A stretch of 64,000 nt of DNA from Tissierellaceae bacterium (GCA_023229175.1 JALNZV010000007.1:18550-82549), one strand, 5' to 3'. Positions 30,215 through 40,333 are shown, counted from the stretch's first letter. Notes: generated from the sequence alone by a model not told the origin. A program made the numbers and translations.

Positions 30215-30484
30215 ATGGATTTTATAAAGCTATTCACTAAAAAGGAAGAAAAGAGCAAAAACGTAGCAAAGGAAAGGCTGAAATTAGTGTTGGTACACGA
30301 TAGAGCTGATCTCTCACCGAAGTTTTTAGATATGATAAAAGGCGATATTATTAGGGTAATATCCGAGTATGCAGAAATTGATGAAGAAGGTTTAGATATC
30401 AAGCTTACAAGGATGAAGCGAGATGTGGATAGCACCACTATTTCTGCCTTAGTAGCCAACATTCCTATAGTGAAGATGAAATAA
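30215..30484 (+). CDS. minE: Cell division topological specificity factor MinE
   Basis: 89 aa with AKERLKLVLVHDR. Confidence 0.92.
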   Translation: MDFIKLFTKKEEKSKNVAKERLKLVLVHDRADLSPKFLDMIKGDIIRVISEYAEIDEEGLDIKLTRMKRDVDSTTISALVANIPIVKMK

Positions 30485-30500
30485 ATACAAAAAATAGGTA

Positions 30501-30529
30501 TTGATAAGTTCTAAACTATAAGATATAAT
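30501..30529 (+). promoter_or_regulatory. Sigma-A-type promoter for the FMN-binding lipoprotein gene
   Basis: TTGATA, 17 nt spacer, TATAAT. Confidence 0.55.
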
Positions 30530-30583
30530 ATAGACTGGTAAAACAAATGAATATATATTAATAAACAGGAGGAAGAAGAAATT

Positions 30584-31381
30584 ATGAGTAAGAAAGTTTT
30601 AGCATTGGCGTTGGTGTTAGTATTAATGGTTGGAGTATTTGCAGGATGTTCAAAACAAGAGGCTCCAGTTGACGAAAGCAGCAAACCAGTTGACACAACT
30701 GATACGCAAGCAGGAGATTTAGTAGACGGTACTTATTTAGTAAAAAACCCAGTTAGCGATCACGGAAACTATCAAATGGTAAAATTGGAAGTAAGCGGTG
30801 GACAAGTAGTAGCATTTGACTTCAACGAATATCTATCAGATTCAGGCGAAGCAAAAAGTGCTGACAACTATGCATATGCAGATGGTTTAGCAGTAATTGC
30901 AAACTTAAACGAACAATTCAACGAAAAGAAAGACTTAGACGCAATAGATTATGACGCTGTATCAGGAGCAACTTCAACAAAAGGCAGCTTCAAAGAAATA
31001 GTAGCTGTAGCCTTAGAAAAGGCAGCAAAAGGCGAGACATACGAACCAGTTTATGAAGATGGCGTATACGAAGCAGTAGCAGACGAAGATAGCCATGGTT
31101 GGTTGGCACAAGTTAGCGTTAGAGTACAAGACGGTCAAATAGTAGGTGTTGACTATGCTGAATTAGCAATAGAAGATTCAGAAGACGCAAAAGAAGGCGA
31201 CAGAAAATCAGTAGATAACTACCCATATCCTCGTCCAATGGAAGTAGCAGAAGAACTACACAAGATGATAATTGACAACAACGGAACAGAAAATCTTGAT
31301 GTAGATGCTATAACTGGTGCTACATCTACAAGAGGCTTAGTATTAGAACTTGTGAACGAAGCATTAAGTTCAGCAAAATAG
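30584..31381 (+). CDS. Surface lipoprotein with two FMN-binding domains (PplA-like)
   Basis: Lipobox FAGC plus an acidic linker. An internal duplication gives two repeats, each ending in a flavinylation-type motif (DAVSGATSTKG and DAITGATSTRG). Confidence 0.8.
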   Translation: MSKKVLALALVLVLMVGVFAGCSKQEAPVDESSKPVDTTDTQAGDLVDGTYLVKNPVSDHGNYQMVKLEVSGGQVVAFDFNEYLSDSGEAKSADNYAYADGLAVIANLNEQFNEKKDLDAIDYDAVSGATSTKGSFKEIVAVALEKAAKGETYEPVYEDGVYEAVADEDSHGWLAQVSVRVQDGQIVGVDYAELAIEDSEDAKEGDRKSVDNYPYPRPMEVAEELHKMIIDNNGTENLDVDAITGATSTRGLVLELVNEALSSAK

Positions 31382-31390
31382 GAAACAATA

Positions 31391-31417
31391 AAACCCTAAC
31401 TAAGAGTTAGGGTTTTT
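31391..31417 (+). terminator. Rho-independent terminator
   Basis: Hairpin aaaccctaac-taag-agttagggttttt. Confidence 0.8.
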
Positions 31418-31442
31418 AATTTACAAGAGGAGTGACTAGAGA

Positions 31443-32495
31443 GTGAAAAAAAATATATTGAAACTTACATTTATAGTCCTTTCATTGGGATTGCTCTTAA
31501 TGGGCTGTACAGGAAACTCAAATAACGATCTAAACTATATAGCTAGAACTGATTTTCTAATGGACACAGTCATGACCATTAGAATATACGACAACCAAAA
31601 AGAAAAAACCCTAGATAAAGTTTTCCAAAGATTACAGGAAATAGAGGACAGAATGAGCTCACATATAGCCACATCAGATGTAAGCAAAGTCAACGACAAT
31701 GCAGGTATTGGACCAGTAACAGTCCACGAAGATACATACGAAGTAATAGAGAGGGTAAAATACTACGCAGAGTTGTCAAAGGGTAAATACGATCCTACCA
31801 TAGGAACTTTAGTAGACTTGTGGGATGTCAAAGCAGAAGAAAAGGAAAGAGACTTTATACCGACAACAGAAGAAATAGAACAGGCAAAATCAATGGTAGG
31901 ATATGAAGATTTAGAACTATTAGGTGACAATCAAGTGTATTTAAAGCGAAAAGGTATGAAAATAGTCCTTGGAAGCATAGTGAAGGGGTATGCAGCAGAC
32001 GAGGCAAAGAGAGTACTTGTAGAAAACAAAGTGGAAAAAGCAATTATAGATTTAGGAGGCAACCTCTATATTCATGGTGACAAAGGTGACGGCACTCAAT
32101 GGCGTATAGGAATACAAGACCCTTTCAATCCCACTGGAAGCTATGCGGGGATACTAGAAGTATCAAATATATCCGTTGTCACATCTGGAGATTATGAAAG
32201 ATTTTTTATACACAAGGGTAAAAAATACAACCACATAATCGACCCCCATACGGGATATCCCACAGATAATGAATTGACGGGGATTAGCATAATTTCAGAT
32301 GAGTCCATAGATGGGGATGCCCTTTCAACAACTGTATTTGTAATGGGGCTTGACGAAGGGATGAAATTTGTAAATAGTTTAGAAAACATCGAAGCCATAT
32401 TTATTACAAAGGATAAATCCATATATACAACAGAAAACTTAAAAGGCATATTTAATTTGCCAAAGGATTCCCCATTTACAATCAAAGATTATTAA
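31443..32495 (+). CDS. apbE: FAD:protein FMN transferase (ApbE/FmnB family) lipoprotein
   Basis: Lipobox LMGC. ApbE motifs MDTVMTIRIY, YDPTIGTLVDLW, GSIVKGYAADE and ITSGDYERF-like (VVTSGDYERF). Confidence 0.9.
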   Translation: MKKNILKLTFIVLSLGLLLMGCTGNSNNDLNYIARTDFLMDTVMTIRIYDNQKEKTLDKVFQRLQEIEDRMSSHIATSDVSKVNDNAGIGPVTVHEDTYEVIERVKYYAELSKGKYDPTIGTLVDLWDVKAEEKERDFIPTTEEIEQAKSMVGYEDLELLGDNQVYLKRKGMKIVLGSIVKGYAADEAKRVLVENKVEKAIIDLGGNLYIHGDKGDGTQWRIGIQDPFNPTGSYAGILEVSNISVVTSGDYERFFIHKGKKYNHIIDPHTGYPTDNELTGISIISDESIDGDALSTTVFVMGLDEGMKFVNSLENIEAIFITKDKSIYTTENLKGIFNLPKDSPFTIKDY

Positions 32496-32544
32496 ATGGA
32501 ATAAAACAGGCCCAATGTAAATAAAATATATTGGGGTGAAGAAA

Positions 32545-32826
32545 ATGAATAGAAAAACAAATAGAAATGCCATAATTAACGGCCTATTTAACAGACAAAT
32601 CAACAAAATTATAGTGATGTTGGCCTTGCTCTCAATTGTTTTTATTATGAAAACTATGAATAACAGTACATCAAAAGAAGTATTAAACTTTTTGAATAGG
32701 AATATCAATCGAGATTTTGTATTTAAAGAAGACAGTAAATGGTTAATTGAAGGCGTAAAAAAGCTGGCTGACCTATCCAAAATAGGAGTAGAACATTTAA
32801 AACCTTGGGGAATCCCGAGGTTTTAA
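32545..32826 (+). CDS. Small hypothetical membrane protein
   Basis: 93 aa with a basic N-terminus and one TM helix (IIVMLALLSIVFIM). A GGGGTGA SD precedes it. Confidence 0.5.
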   Translation: MNRKTNRNAIINGLFNRQINKIIVMLALLSIVFIMKTMNNSTSKEVLNFLNRNINRDFVFKEDSKWLIEGVKKLADLSKIGVEHLKPWGIPRF

Positions 32827-32901
32827 TTTGATAAATCTAACCCTATTAAATAATATACAAAAATGTTAATATAGTACTAGAATAATGAAAGGTGGAAACA
32901 G

Positions 32902-34746
32902 ATGATAAATATAAAAACCCTAGATAAAATACTAAAAAAGGTGGAAAAACCTGCAAGATACATTGGAATGGAGCAAAATTCCATAGAAAAAGACATATCC
33001 AATGCAAAAGTGAAATTCGCCTTTTCATTTCCCGATATATACGATGTGGGCATGTCTCATTTAGGACTTCATATATTATATAACTTAATAAACAATGAAA
33101 AAGATTATGTTTGTGAAAGAGTATTTGCACCGTGGACTGATATGGAAGAAGAAATGAGAAAAGAGAATCTTCCCCTATTTACATTAGAAAGCAAAGAAGA
33201 AGTAAAGAATTTTGATTTCTTAGGATTTACACTCCAATACGAAATGAGCTACACTAATATTTTAAATATATTGGATTTGTCAGATATACCCCTTAGAGCA
33301 AAAGACCGAGGGGACAATGCCCCATTGGTAATAGCAGGAGGTCCCTGTGCATATAATCCAGAGCCCTTGGCAGAATTCATAGATTTCTTTGTAATAGGCG
33401 AAGGTGAGGAAATAACCTTAGAAATACTAAAACTGTACGAGAAACATAAAGCTGAAAATTGGAGCAAAGATAGATTTTTAGAGGACATAGCTACCATGGA
33501 AGGCATTTATGTACCTAAGTTTTACCAAGTAGTTTACAATGAAGATAATACAATAAAAGAAAGAAAAGTATTAAATTCCACAGCACCCGAAAAGATTAAA
33601 AAGAGAATGGTGAAAGACCTAAATACTATGTTTTCACCGGAAAGCATGGTAGTACCTTATATAGAAACAGTACACGACAGAGTTATAATGGAGATTTTTA
33701 GGGGTTGTACCAGGGGCTGTAGATTTTGCCAGGCAGGTATGATTTATAGACCCGTTAGAGAAAAATCCGTAGATAGATTAGTGGAATTGGCAGAGAACTT
33801 GGTAGAAAATACAGGGTATGAAAATGTTTCCCTATCTTCCCTAAGCTCCTGTGATTACTCTGAGCTACATCTATTAATTGAAAAGTTAATGGAAAATTTC
33901 GAGGAAAAGAAGGTAGGAGTATCCCTGCCATCTCTTAGGCTTGATTCCTTCATAGTGGATATCCTGCAGGAGATAGAAAAGGTAAGAAAATCAGGGCTAA
34001 CATTTGCACCAGAGGCGGGGAGCCAAAGGCTGAGGGATGTCATCAATAAAGGAGTTACAGAAGAAGATTTGGTAAACACTGTAACTAGAATATTTAGGGA
34101 AGGGTGGTCTACAGTAAAATTATACTTTATGATAGGATTGCCTACGGAAACAGACGAGGACGTATTAGGTATAAGGGACTTAGCATATAAAGTAAAGGAC
34201 ATATTCTTTGAAACCCCCAAGGAGCAGCGAAAAGGAAATCTAAAGATTACAGCCTCTGCATCCTGTTTTGTGCCAAAACCCTTCACTCCATTCCAATGGC
34301 TAGGTCAGGATTCCATAGAAGAATTTTATAGAAAGGCATATCTAGTCAAAAACAACATAAAGGACAATAAAATCAAATTTACATTTCATGATCCAAAACT
34401 CTCTTACCTAGAGGCTATAATTTCCCGTGGAGACAGGAAAATATCAGAATTGATTTTAAAAGCCTGGGAGATGGGCTGCAAATTTGACGGATGGTCAGAG
34501 CATTTCAAATACGATACTTGGATTGAGGTCATGGAGGAGCTGGGAATAGACGGTGACTTTTATGCCTTAAGAAATAGGGACTTAGAGGAAAACTTACCGT
34601 GGGATTTCATAGATCCGGGAGTGTCTAAAGAATACCTAAAAAGAGAATACAACAAATCCTTAGGGGAAAAGATAACAGATGACTGCAGGATTAGTTGCAA
34701 TGCCTGCGGCATAGTAGATTGCACCATGAGGGGGTATAAGTTTTGA
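32902..34746 (+). CDS. B12-binding-domain radical SAM protein (TIGR03960-like)
   Basis: CTRGCRFCQAG radical SAM cluster motif. 614 aa. Typically paired with the following DUF2344-type gene. Confidence 0.85.
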   Translation: MINIKTLDKILKKVEKPARYIGMEQNSIEKDISNAKVKFAFSFPDIYDVGMSHLGLHILYNLINNEKDYVCERVFAPWTDMEEEMRKENLPLFTLESKEEVKNFDFLGFTLQYEMSYTNILNILDLSDIPLRAKDRGDNAPLVIAGGPCAYNPEPLAEFIDFFVIGEGEEITLEILKLYEKHKAENWSKDRFLEDIATMEGIYVPKFYQVVYNEDNTIKERKVLNSTAPEKIKKRMVKDLNTMFSPESMVVPYIETVHDRVIMEIFRGCTRGCRFCQAGMIYRPVREKSVDRLVELAENLVENTGYENVSLSSLSSCDYSELHLLIEKLMENFEEKKVGVSLPSLRLDSFIVDILQEIEKVRKSGLTFAPEAGSQRLRDVINKGVTEEDLVNTVTRIFREGWSTVKLYFMIGLPTETDEDVLGIRDLAYKVKDIFFETPKEQRKGNLKITASASCFVPKPFTPFQWLGQDSIEEFYRKAYLVKNNIKDNKIKFTFHDPKLSYLEAIISRGDRKISELILKAWEMGCKFDGWSEHFKYDTWIEVMEELGIDGDFYALRNRDLEENLPWDFIDPGVSKEYLKREYNKSLGEKITDDCRISCNACGIVDCTMRGYKF

Positions 34747-35432
34747 TAATCAGAGCAAAGTTTTTCAAAAAAGGATATTTAAGGTATATTTCACATTTGG
34801 ACTTGATGCGCTTGTTTCATAGGACATTTAACAAGGCAAAAATACCAATAGGGTACAGTGAAGGATTCAACCCCCATCCGAAATTCTCCATAGCAAACCC
34901 CTTAGCTCTGGGAATAGAATCAGATGAAGAGTATATAGACATAGAACTAGATAACATGGAAGTTGAAGATTTTATTGAAAAAATGAACCTGGTACTTCCA
35001 AAGGACGTCCAAATAATAGAGGGTAAAAGCATTGAAAAAGGTGAAACCATAGACTCTTTAATATCATGGGCACATTATGAAATCGAATTTGAGTTAAAAG
35101 AAAATATTGAAGGTTTTGGGGAAAACCTTATGAAATGGTTGCAAAGAGATGAGATTAATATAGATAAAATAAGAAGAAAAAAGAAAAAAGAAATTAAAAG
35201 GGTAGAAAATATTAGGCCATTAATTGGCAATTTGACCGTAAAAGAAATCCATGAAAAAAACGTTGTGCTAAATACACTGCTAAAGGCAGGCAGCAATGGA
35301 AATTTAAAACCCATGGATCTTGTGGAAGCTATGAACAGAGACATGGAGCTAAAAATAGATTTACAGTCAATGGATATCAGGCGAACAGGCCAGTATGCAG
35401 AAAAAGATAATAATATATTTAAGCCCTTATGA
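34743..35432 (+). CDS. Radical SAM-associated protein (TIGR03936/DUF2344-like)
   Basis: Sequence KGYLRYISHLDLMRLFHRTFNKAKIP. The TTG start overlaps the upstream stop. Confidence 0.8.
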   Translation: MIIRAKFFKKGYLRYISHLDLMRLFHRTFNKAKIPIGYSEGFNPHPKFSIANPLALGIESDEEYIDIELDNMEVEDFIEKMNLVLPKDVQIIEGKSIEKGETIDSLISWAHYEIEFELKENIEGFGENLMKWLQRDEINIDKIRRKKKKEIKRVENIRPLIGNLTVKEIHEKNVVLNTLLKAGSNGNLKPMDLVEAMNRDMELKIDLQSMDIRRTGQYAEKDNNIFKPL

Positions 35433-35446
35433 GTGGGAGTGTTTTT

Positions 35447-36682
35447 ATGGGATATATTTTTATGGAGACCGTAGGTGAATACCATAAAGTAGGCATAGTA
35501 GAAGACAATAGACTAGTAGAATTTCACCTGGACAAAGTCGATAAAGAAAAATTAATAGGAAATATATATAGAGGCAGAGTAATAAATGTATTGCAAGGTA
35601 TGGAAGCTGCATTTATAGACATAGGCGAGTATAAAAACACATATCTAAATGTAAAGGATGCATTGCCAAGGGAATTGATGCACGCCGACGAAAAATATAA
35701 AATATCTGAATTACTCAAACAAGGACAAGAAATAATAGTTCAAGTAAAGAAGGAACCCTATGGAAATAAAGGCGCTAAAATTACAACCCATATTGAAATA
35801 CCGGGAAGATACCTAGTATTTACACCATTTTCGAAAAGGGTAAATATATCTAGAAAAATCGAAGATTCAAAGAGAATAAGGGAACTAAAAGATTTAGGAT
35901 ATAAAATTATGAAAGAGGGATATGGGCTCATATTCAGGACAGCATCGGAATTTGCCGACGACTCATTGCTTATGAAAGAATATGAAATTCTGCATTCTAT
36001 CTATACAAAAATTGAAAGAGAAAAGAATTTTTTACCTTGCCCCAAATTGCTTTATAGAGAGCCAACCTTGGGGTACCAAATAATAAGGGACACTTTTGAC
36101 CAAAATACGGAAAAGATAATAGTGAATTCAAAGGAAGTATATAATGACCTAAAGGAAATGGAAAATAACTTTCCCTTTAAATTTTCCGAGAGATTAGAGT
36201 ACAATAAGGATTTTTCAATAAAATACGATTTAATAATACAAGAGGACATCAAATACGCACTGGAAAAAAAGGTTCCCCTACCTAGGGGGGGATACATCGT
36301 TATAGACGAAACAGAGGCCTTAGTTGCCATAGACGTAAATACAGGGAAATACGTAGGATCGAAATCCCTTGGGGACACAGTTTTAAAGACAAACCTAGAA
36401 GCTGCAAAGGAAATAGCAAGGCAAATTCGCCTAAGGGATATAGGCGGAATTATAATTATAGATTTTATAGATATGAAAAAAGCAGATGATATAGAGACAG
36501 TACTGGATACATTGGAGAAATACCTAAAAGATGACAGGGTAAAAGTAAATATAGTGGATATTACAAAATTGGGTCTAGTAGAATTAACTAGAAAAAAAAT
36601 CAGAAGGCCCTTGACCACAGAGTTTTATAGAAAATGTCCTCATTGCAGCGGTAAGGGCTACATTTTACAAAATGAGTATTGA
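35447..36682 (+). CDS. rng: Rne/Rng family ribonuclease (RNase G-like)
   Basis: S1 domain (GNIYRGRVINVLQGMEAAFIDIG) and catalytic core (EALVAIDVNTGKY, GGIIIIDFIDM). The start is uncertain among 35429, 35447 and 35462. Confidence 0.88.
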   Translation: MGYIFMETVGEYHKVGIVEDNRLVEFHLDKVDKEKLIGNIYRGRVINVLQGMEAAFIDIGEYKNTYLNVKDALPRELMHADEKYKISELLKQGQEIIVQVKKEPYGNKGAKITTHIEIPGRYLVFTPFSKRVNISRKIEDSKRIRELKDLGYKIMKEGYGLIFRTASEFADDSLLMKEYEILHSIYTKIEREKNFLPCPKLLYREPTLGYQIIRDTFDQNTEKIIVNSKEVYNDLKEMENNFPFKFSERLEYNKDFSIKYDLIIQEDIKYALEKKVPLPRGGYIVIDETEALVAIDVNTGKYVGSKSLGDTVLKTNLEAAKEIARQIRLRDIGGIIIIDFIDMKKADDIETVLDTLEKYLKDDRVKVNIVDITKLGLVELTRKKIRRPLTTEFYRKCPHCSGKGYILQNEY

Positions 36683-36707
36683 CAATCTCTTGAGAATTTG
36701 ATAAACT
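36679..36707 (+). promoter_or_regulatory. Sigma-A-type promoter of the rplU operon
   Basis: TTGACA (overlapping the rng stop), 17 nt spacer, TAAACT. Confidence 0.6.
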
Positions 36708-36709
36708 AT

Positions 36710-36790
36710 CTTGGTGTAGAGCCGCTCAATCTGGGTTTTAAGACCATTGGCACCCTGTATTGGCGAGACTAGGTTAGAGGAGGTGCAATC
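36710..36790 (+). ncRNA. Ribosomal protein L21 leader-like 5' UTR structure
   Basis: A GC-richer structured segment (ggtgtagagccgctcaatctgggttttaagaccattggcaccctgtattggcgagactagg) sits between the promoter and the rplU SD, where Firmicutes carry the L21 leader. Confidence 0.55.
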
Positions 36791-36792
36791 TC

Positions 36793-37107
36793 ATGTACGC
36801 TGTAATAGAAACAGGTGGTAAACAATATAGAGTTCAACAAGGAGACGTAGTATTTGTTGAGAAACTAGATGCACAAGAAGGGGACAACGTATCCTTCGAC
36901 AAAGTTTTGTTAATGTCAGATGAAGGCAATGTAGTCGCTGGTAAACCGTATGTTGATGGTGCAAAGGTAGATGCCGTTGTTTTAGAACAAGGTAAGGCAA
37001 AGAAGATTATCGTATTTAAATATAAATCGAAAAAGAATTATAGAAAGAAAAAAGGACATCGTCAACCATTTACAAAGGTAAAAATCGAAAACATAATTGG
37101 TTTATAA
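36793..37107 (+). CDS. rplU: 50S ribosomal protein L21
   Basis: N-terminus [18 protein letters not shown]. Confidence 0.97.
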   Translation: MYAVIETGGKQYRVQQGDVVFVEKLDAQEGDNVSFDKVLLMSDEGNVVAGKPYVDGAKVDAVVLEQGKAKKIIVFKYKSKKNYRKKKGHRQPFTKVKIENIIGL

Positions 37108-37108
37108 T

Positions 37109-37456
37109 ATGATAAATGCTAGATTTTATAAAGATAAAAAAGGCAATATCAGAAAGTTTACCATAAAAGGACATGCAAATTACGCCAAGCGGGGAAACGA
37201 TATAGTATGTGCCGCAGTGTCTGCACTTGCTCAAACAACCCTATTATCAATTGTGAAGGTATGCGGTGTAGAGGAAAACCAAATCAATTATATAGTAGAA
37301 GAAAAGACAGGTTTTCTAGAAGTAGAGTTGCCTATAGATTTAGACAATTCCACCTTAGAAAAAACACAAATTGTATTGGAAACTTTAAAATTAGGAATAA
37401 ATTCAATAATAGAAATTTACCCAGAGTATGTGAAGCTCGAAAATGGGGAGGTGTAA
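37109..37456 (+). CDS. prp: Ribosomal-processing cysteine protease Prp
   Basis: Sequence GHANYAKRGNDIVCAAVSAL, located between rplU and rpmA. Confidence 0.9.
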   Translation: MINARFYKDKKGNIRKFTIKGHANYAKRGNDIVCAAVSALAQTTLLSIVKVCGVEENQINYIVEEKTGFLEVELPIDLDNSTLEKTQIVLETLKLGINSIIEIYPEYVKLENGEV

Positions 37457-37459
37457 TCG

Positions 37460-37750
37460 ATGATTAAAATGAATTTACAATTATTTGCTTCTAAAAAAGG
37501 AGTAGGTAGTTCAAGAAATGGTAGAGATAGCCAAGCTAAAAGGCTGGGCGTTAAAAGAGGCGATGGACAGTTTGTCCTAGCAGGTAATATCATAGTAAGA
37601 CAAAGAGGAACAAAAATACACCCAGGAAACAACGTTGGTAGAGGTGGAGACGATACACTATTTGCAACAGTAGATGGTGTAGTTAGTTTTGAAAGAAAAG
37701 GCAGAGACAAAAAGCAAGTTAGCGTTTACCCTGTAGAAGTATTGGCGTAG
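37460..37750 (+). CDS. rpmA: 50S ribosomal protein L27 (with the Firmicutes N-terminal propeptide)
   Basis: N-terminus [24 protein letters not shown]. The [10 protein letters not shown] context is the Prp cleavage-type motif. Confidence 0.97.
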   Translation: MIKMNLQLFASKKGVGSSRNGRDSQAKRLGVKRGDGQFVLAGNIIVRQRGTKIHPGNNVGRGGDDTLFATVDGVVSFERKGRDKKQVSVYPVEVLA

Positions 37751-37753
37751 ATA

Positions 37754-37786
37754 TAAAGCTTACCATTAGGTAAGCTTATATTTTTA
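37754..37786 (+). terminator. Rho-independent terminator
   Basis: Hairpin aagcttacc-atta-ggtaagctt followed by a T run. Confidence 0.8.
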
Positions 37787-37877
37787 CTAAAATTAGGATT
37801 TACATTTTATTTTAGCAAGCGGGAAAACTAATCAAATAAATTATTAAAAAACGAGAGATTGTGTGAGGATGATGTTT

Positions 37878-39146
37878 ATGTTTATAGATGTGGCAAAAAT
37901 CCAGGTTAAGGCAGGCAAAGGCGGAGACGGCGTAGTAGCCTGGAGAAGAGAAAAATACGAGCCTTCTGGAGGACCCTATGGTGGAGACGGAGGAAATGGA
38001 GGCAGCATAATACTTAAGGCAGATGAGGGCATCAGAACTTTGATGGATTTCAGGTACAAAAGGGTATACAAAGGCGAAAATGGAGAAGATGGCAGGACAA
38101 AAAAACAATTTGGCAAAGCAGGAAAAGACATTATATTGAGAGTTCCCGTTGGCACATTGATAAAAGATGCAGATACAGGCGGAGTAATTGTAGACTTAAA
38201 AGAAAAAGATCAATTAGCTGTCATAGCCAAAGGGGGCAGAGGCGGTAGGGGCAATGCAAAATTTGCCACGGCCACACGACAAGCCCCAGGGTTTGCAGAG
38301 CCGGGAACGAAAGGGCAGGACAGAAATATTATATTAGAGCTAAAATTGCTTGCAGATGTGGGACTAATAGGTTTTCCCAACGTCGGAAAATCAACTGTTC
38401 TCTCAATATTATCTGCAGCAAAGCCTAAAATAGCTAATTATCATTTCACTACCCTGAAGCCAAATTTGGGAGTAGTTAGAGTGGGGGAGGAAAAGTCCTT
38501 TGTCATCGCTGACATACCAGGTCTAATAGAAGGTGCCCATGAAGGTGCAGGGCTTGGCCATGAATTTTTAAGACATATCGAGAGGACTAGGATTTTAGTA
38601 CATGTTTTAGACATATCCGGCAGCGAACACAGAGATCCCCTAGAAGACTTTTACAAAATCAACAGTGAATTAGGCCAATACAACGAAAAGTTAAAAGATA
38701 AGCCACAACTAATAGCCGCCAACAAAATGGATATAGAAGGTGCAGAAGAGGGACTTCGAAAGGTAAAAGAAGAGCTAGAACAAAAGGGATACAAAGTATA
38801 TCCCGTATCCGCAGCCACCATGGAGGGAATAGAGCAATTAAAATATGCAATATGGGATTTACTTATAAATACAGAGCTAAACTATGAAACATATGACGAA
38901 GAATTTGTATACGTCGAAAAAGAAGAAGAACAAATTATCGTAAGGAAAGAAAACGAAGACTATATTGTAGAGGGACCATTTATAGAAAGGCTGCTCAATG
39001 CAACCTATTTTGACAACGTTGACTCCCTTAGATATTTCCAAGAGGCCCTAAGGAAAAGAGGAGTAGTAGACCAGTTAATAGAACTGGGAATAGAAGAAAA
39101 CGATCCAGTATTCATATGCGGGTATGAATTTGAGTTTTTTGATTAA
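37878..39146 (+). CDS. obg: GTPase Obg/CgtA
   Basis: Motifs MFIDVAKIQVKAGKGGDG and GFPNVGKST, plus a C-terminal OCT domain. Confidence 0.96.
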   Translation: MFIDVAKIQVKAGKGGDGVVAWRREKYEPSGGPYGGDGGNGGSIILKADEGIRTLMDFRYKRVYKGENGEDGRTKKQFGKAGKDIILRVPVGTLIKDADTGGVIVDLKEKDQLAVIAKGGRGGRGNAKFATATRQAPGFAEPGTKGQDRNIILELKLLADVGLIGFPNVGKSTVLSILSAAKPKIANYHFTTLKPNLGVVRVGEEKSFVIADIPGLIEGAHEGAGLGHEFLRHIERTRILVHVLDISGSEHRDPLEDFYKINSELGQYNEKLKDKPQLIAANKMDIEGAEEGLRKVKEELEQKGYKVYPVSAATMEGIEQLKYAIWDLLINTELNYETYDEEFVYVEKEEEQIIVRKENEDYIVEGPFIERLLNATYFDNVDSLRYFQEALRKRGVVDQLIELGIEENDPVFICGYEFEFFD

Positions 39147-39159
39147 TGGAGGTGTTATC

Positions 39160-39774
39160 TTGAAAATAGGTATAATGGGCGGGACCTTTGATCCAATACA
39201 CTTTGGCCATTTGATAATGGCAGAATACGCCAGGGAAACCTTAGACTTAGATAAAGTAATATTTGTCCCAACAGGTATACACCCTTTAAAAGTCAATAAA
39301 GCCATTAGTCCGTCCCATATTAGAGTAGAGATGATATCCTTGGCCATAGAATCAAACTCATGCTTTGAAGTATCCACCATAGAAATCGATAAAGAAGGAA
39401 TTTCCTATACCATAGATACCCTAAGGCTATTAAAGGGAAAATATAAAAGCAGTGAATTGTATTTTATACTGGGTACAGACATACTCTTTGAAATAGAAAA
39501 ATGGAAAGACTTTAGGCAACTCTCAAGGATATGCAAACTAGTATTATTCCATAGGGCAGGGGATACAGACAGTATAGTAGAGGATAAAATCAGGCAATTA
39601 AAAATGCAATATGGGTTGAAATTTGAGAAAATAGAATCTCCAAAAATCGAAATATCATCTACAGAAATACGAAATAGAGTATTTAATAATAAGAGTATCA
39701 AATACATGCTGCCACAAAATGTAGAAGAATATATCGCAGGCAATAATCTCTATAAGGGGGATACAAATGTATAA
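39160..39774 (+). CDS. nadD: Nicotinate-nucleotide adenylyltransferase
   Basis: N-terminus (M)KIGIMGGTFDPIHFGH. TTG start after a GGAGGTG SD. Also ISSTEIR. Confidence 0.92.
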   Translation: MKIGIMGGTFDPIHFGHLIMAEYARETLDLDKVIFVPTGIHPLKVNKAISPSHIRVEMISLAIESNSCFEVSTIEIDKEGISYTIDTLRLLKGKYKSSELYFILGTDILFEIEKWKDFRQLSRICKLVLFHRAGDTDSIVEDKIRQLKMQYGLKFEKIESPKIEISSTEIRNRVFNNKSIKYMLPQNVEEYIAGNNLYKGDTNV

Positions 39775-40333
39775 ATCCATAGAAAAAGATCTAATAATAG
39801 ACATAGGAAAAAAGAGATACGAACACTCCCTAAGGGTAATGGAAATGGCAATGAAACTTGCAAAGATTTACGATATAGATGTGGAAAACGCAAGGTTAGC
39901 GGCACTTCTCCACGACTGCGGAAAACTCCAAGGTCAAACAAATTTGTTGAAAGTGGCCAAGGATTTTGATATAATCATAGATAATTATATGACATATAAT
40001 GGGGATTTAGTCCATGGTCCTTTGGGGGCTTACATCGCAAAGACCAAATACAACATAAAAAATGAGGAAATACTAAATGCCATAAGATACCATACAACTG
40101 GGAAAAAAGATATGACAACATTGGAAAAGATAATTTATATATCTGATTACATAGAGCTAGGCAGAGATTTCCCTGGACTTAGGAAAATGAGAAGGCTTTC
40201 ATTTAAAGACCTAGACAGGGGACTTTTAATGGCCATGGGCAGTACAATTAGCTTTTTAGTAAAAGAAAATAAATTAATCCATCCACGGACCATTGAAGCA
40301 AGAAATTATCTAATAATGGAATTGGGGATATAA
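39767..40333 (+). CDS. yqeK: HD-domain bis(5'-nucleosyl)-tetraphosphatase YqeK
   Basis: Motifs HSLRV, LLHDCGK and RYHTTG. Confidence 0.88.
   Translation: MYKSIEKDLIIDIGKKRYEHSLRVMEMAMKLAKIYDIDVENARLAALLHDCGKLQGQTNLLKVAKDFDIIIDNYMTYNGDLVHGPLGAYIAKTKYNIKNEEILNAIRYHTTGKKDMTTLEKIIYISDYIELGRDFPGLRKMRRLSFKDLDRGLLMAMGSTISFLVKENKLIHPRTIEARNYLIMELGI

Noticed and set aside
30485-30583. The idea that rodA has been displaced by insertion of the FMN-lipoprotein/apbE pair after minE
   Set aside because: The expected mre-min-rodA order comes only from memory of other Firmicutes. I cannot see rodA or any insertion scars or repeats here, so no insertion claim is made.
32827-32901. Possible read-through fusion of ORF 32536-32826 with the radical SAM gene 32902-34746, which share a frame
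   Set aside because: The gap contains several stops including TAA, not a single TGA. The radical SAM gene has its own strong SD (AAAGGTGGA).
37207-37467. ORF 37207-37467 (+), an alternative frame inside prp
   Set aside because: It overlaps the well-supported Prp frame. Its product is Arg/Cys-rich nonsense and it has no SD.
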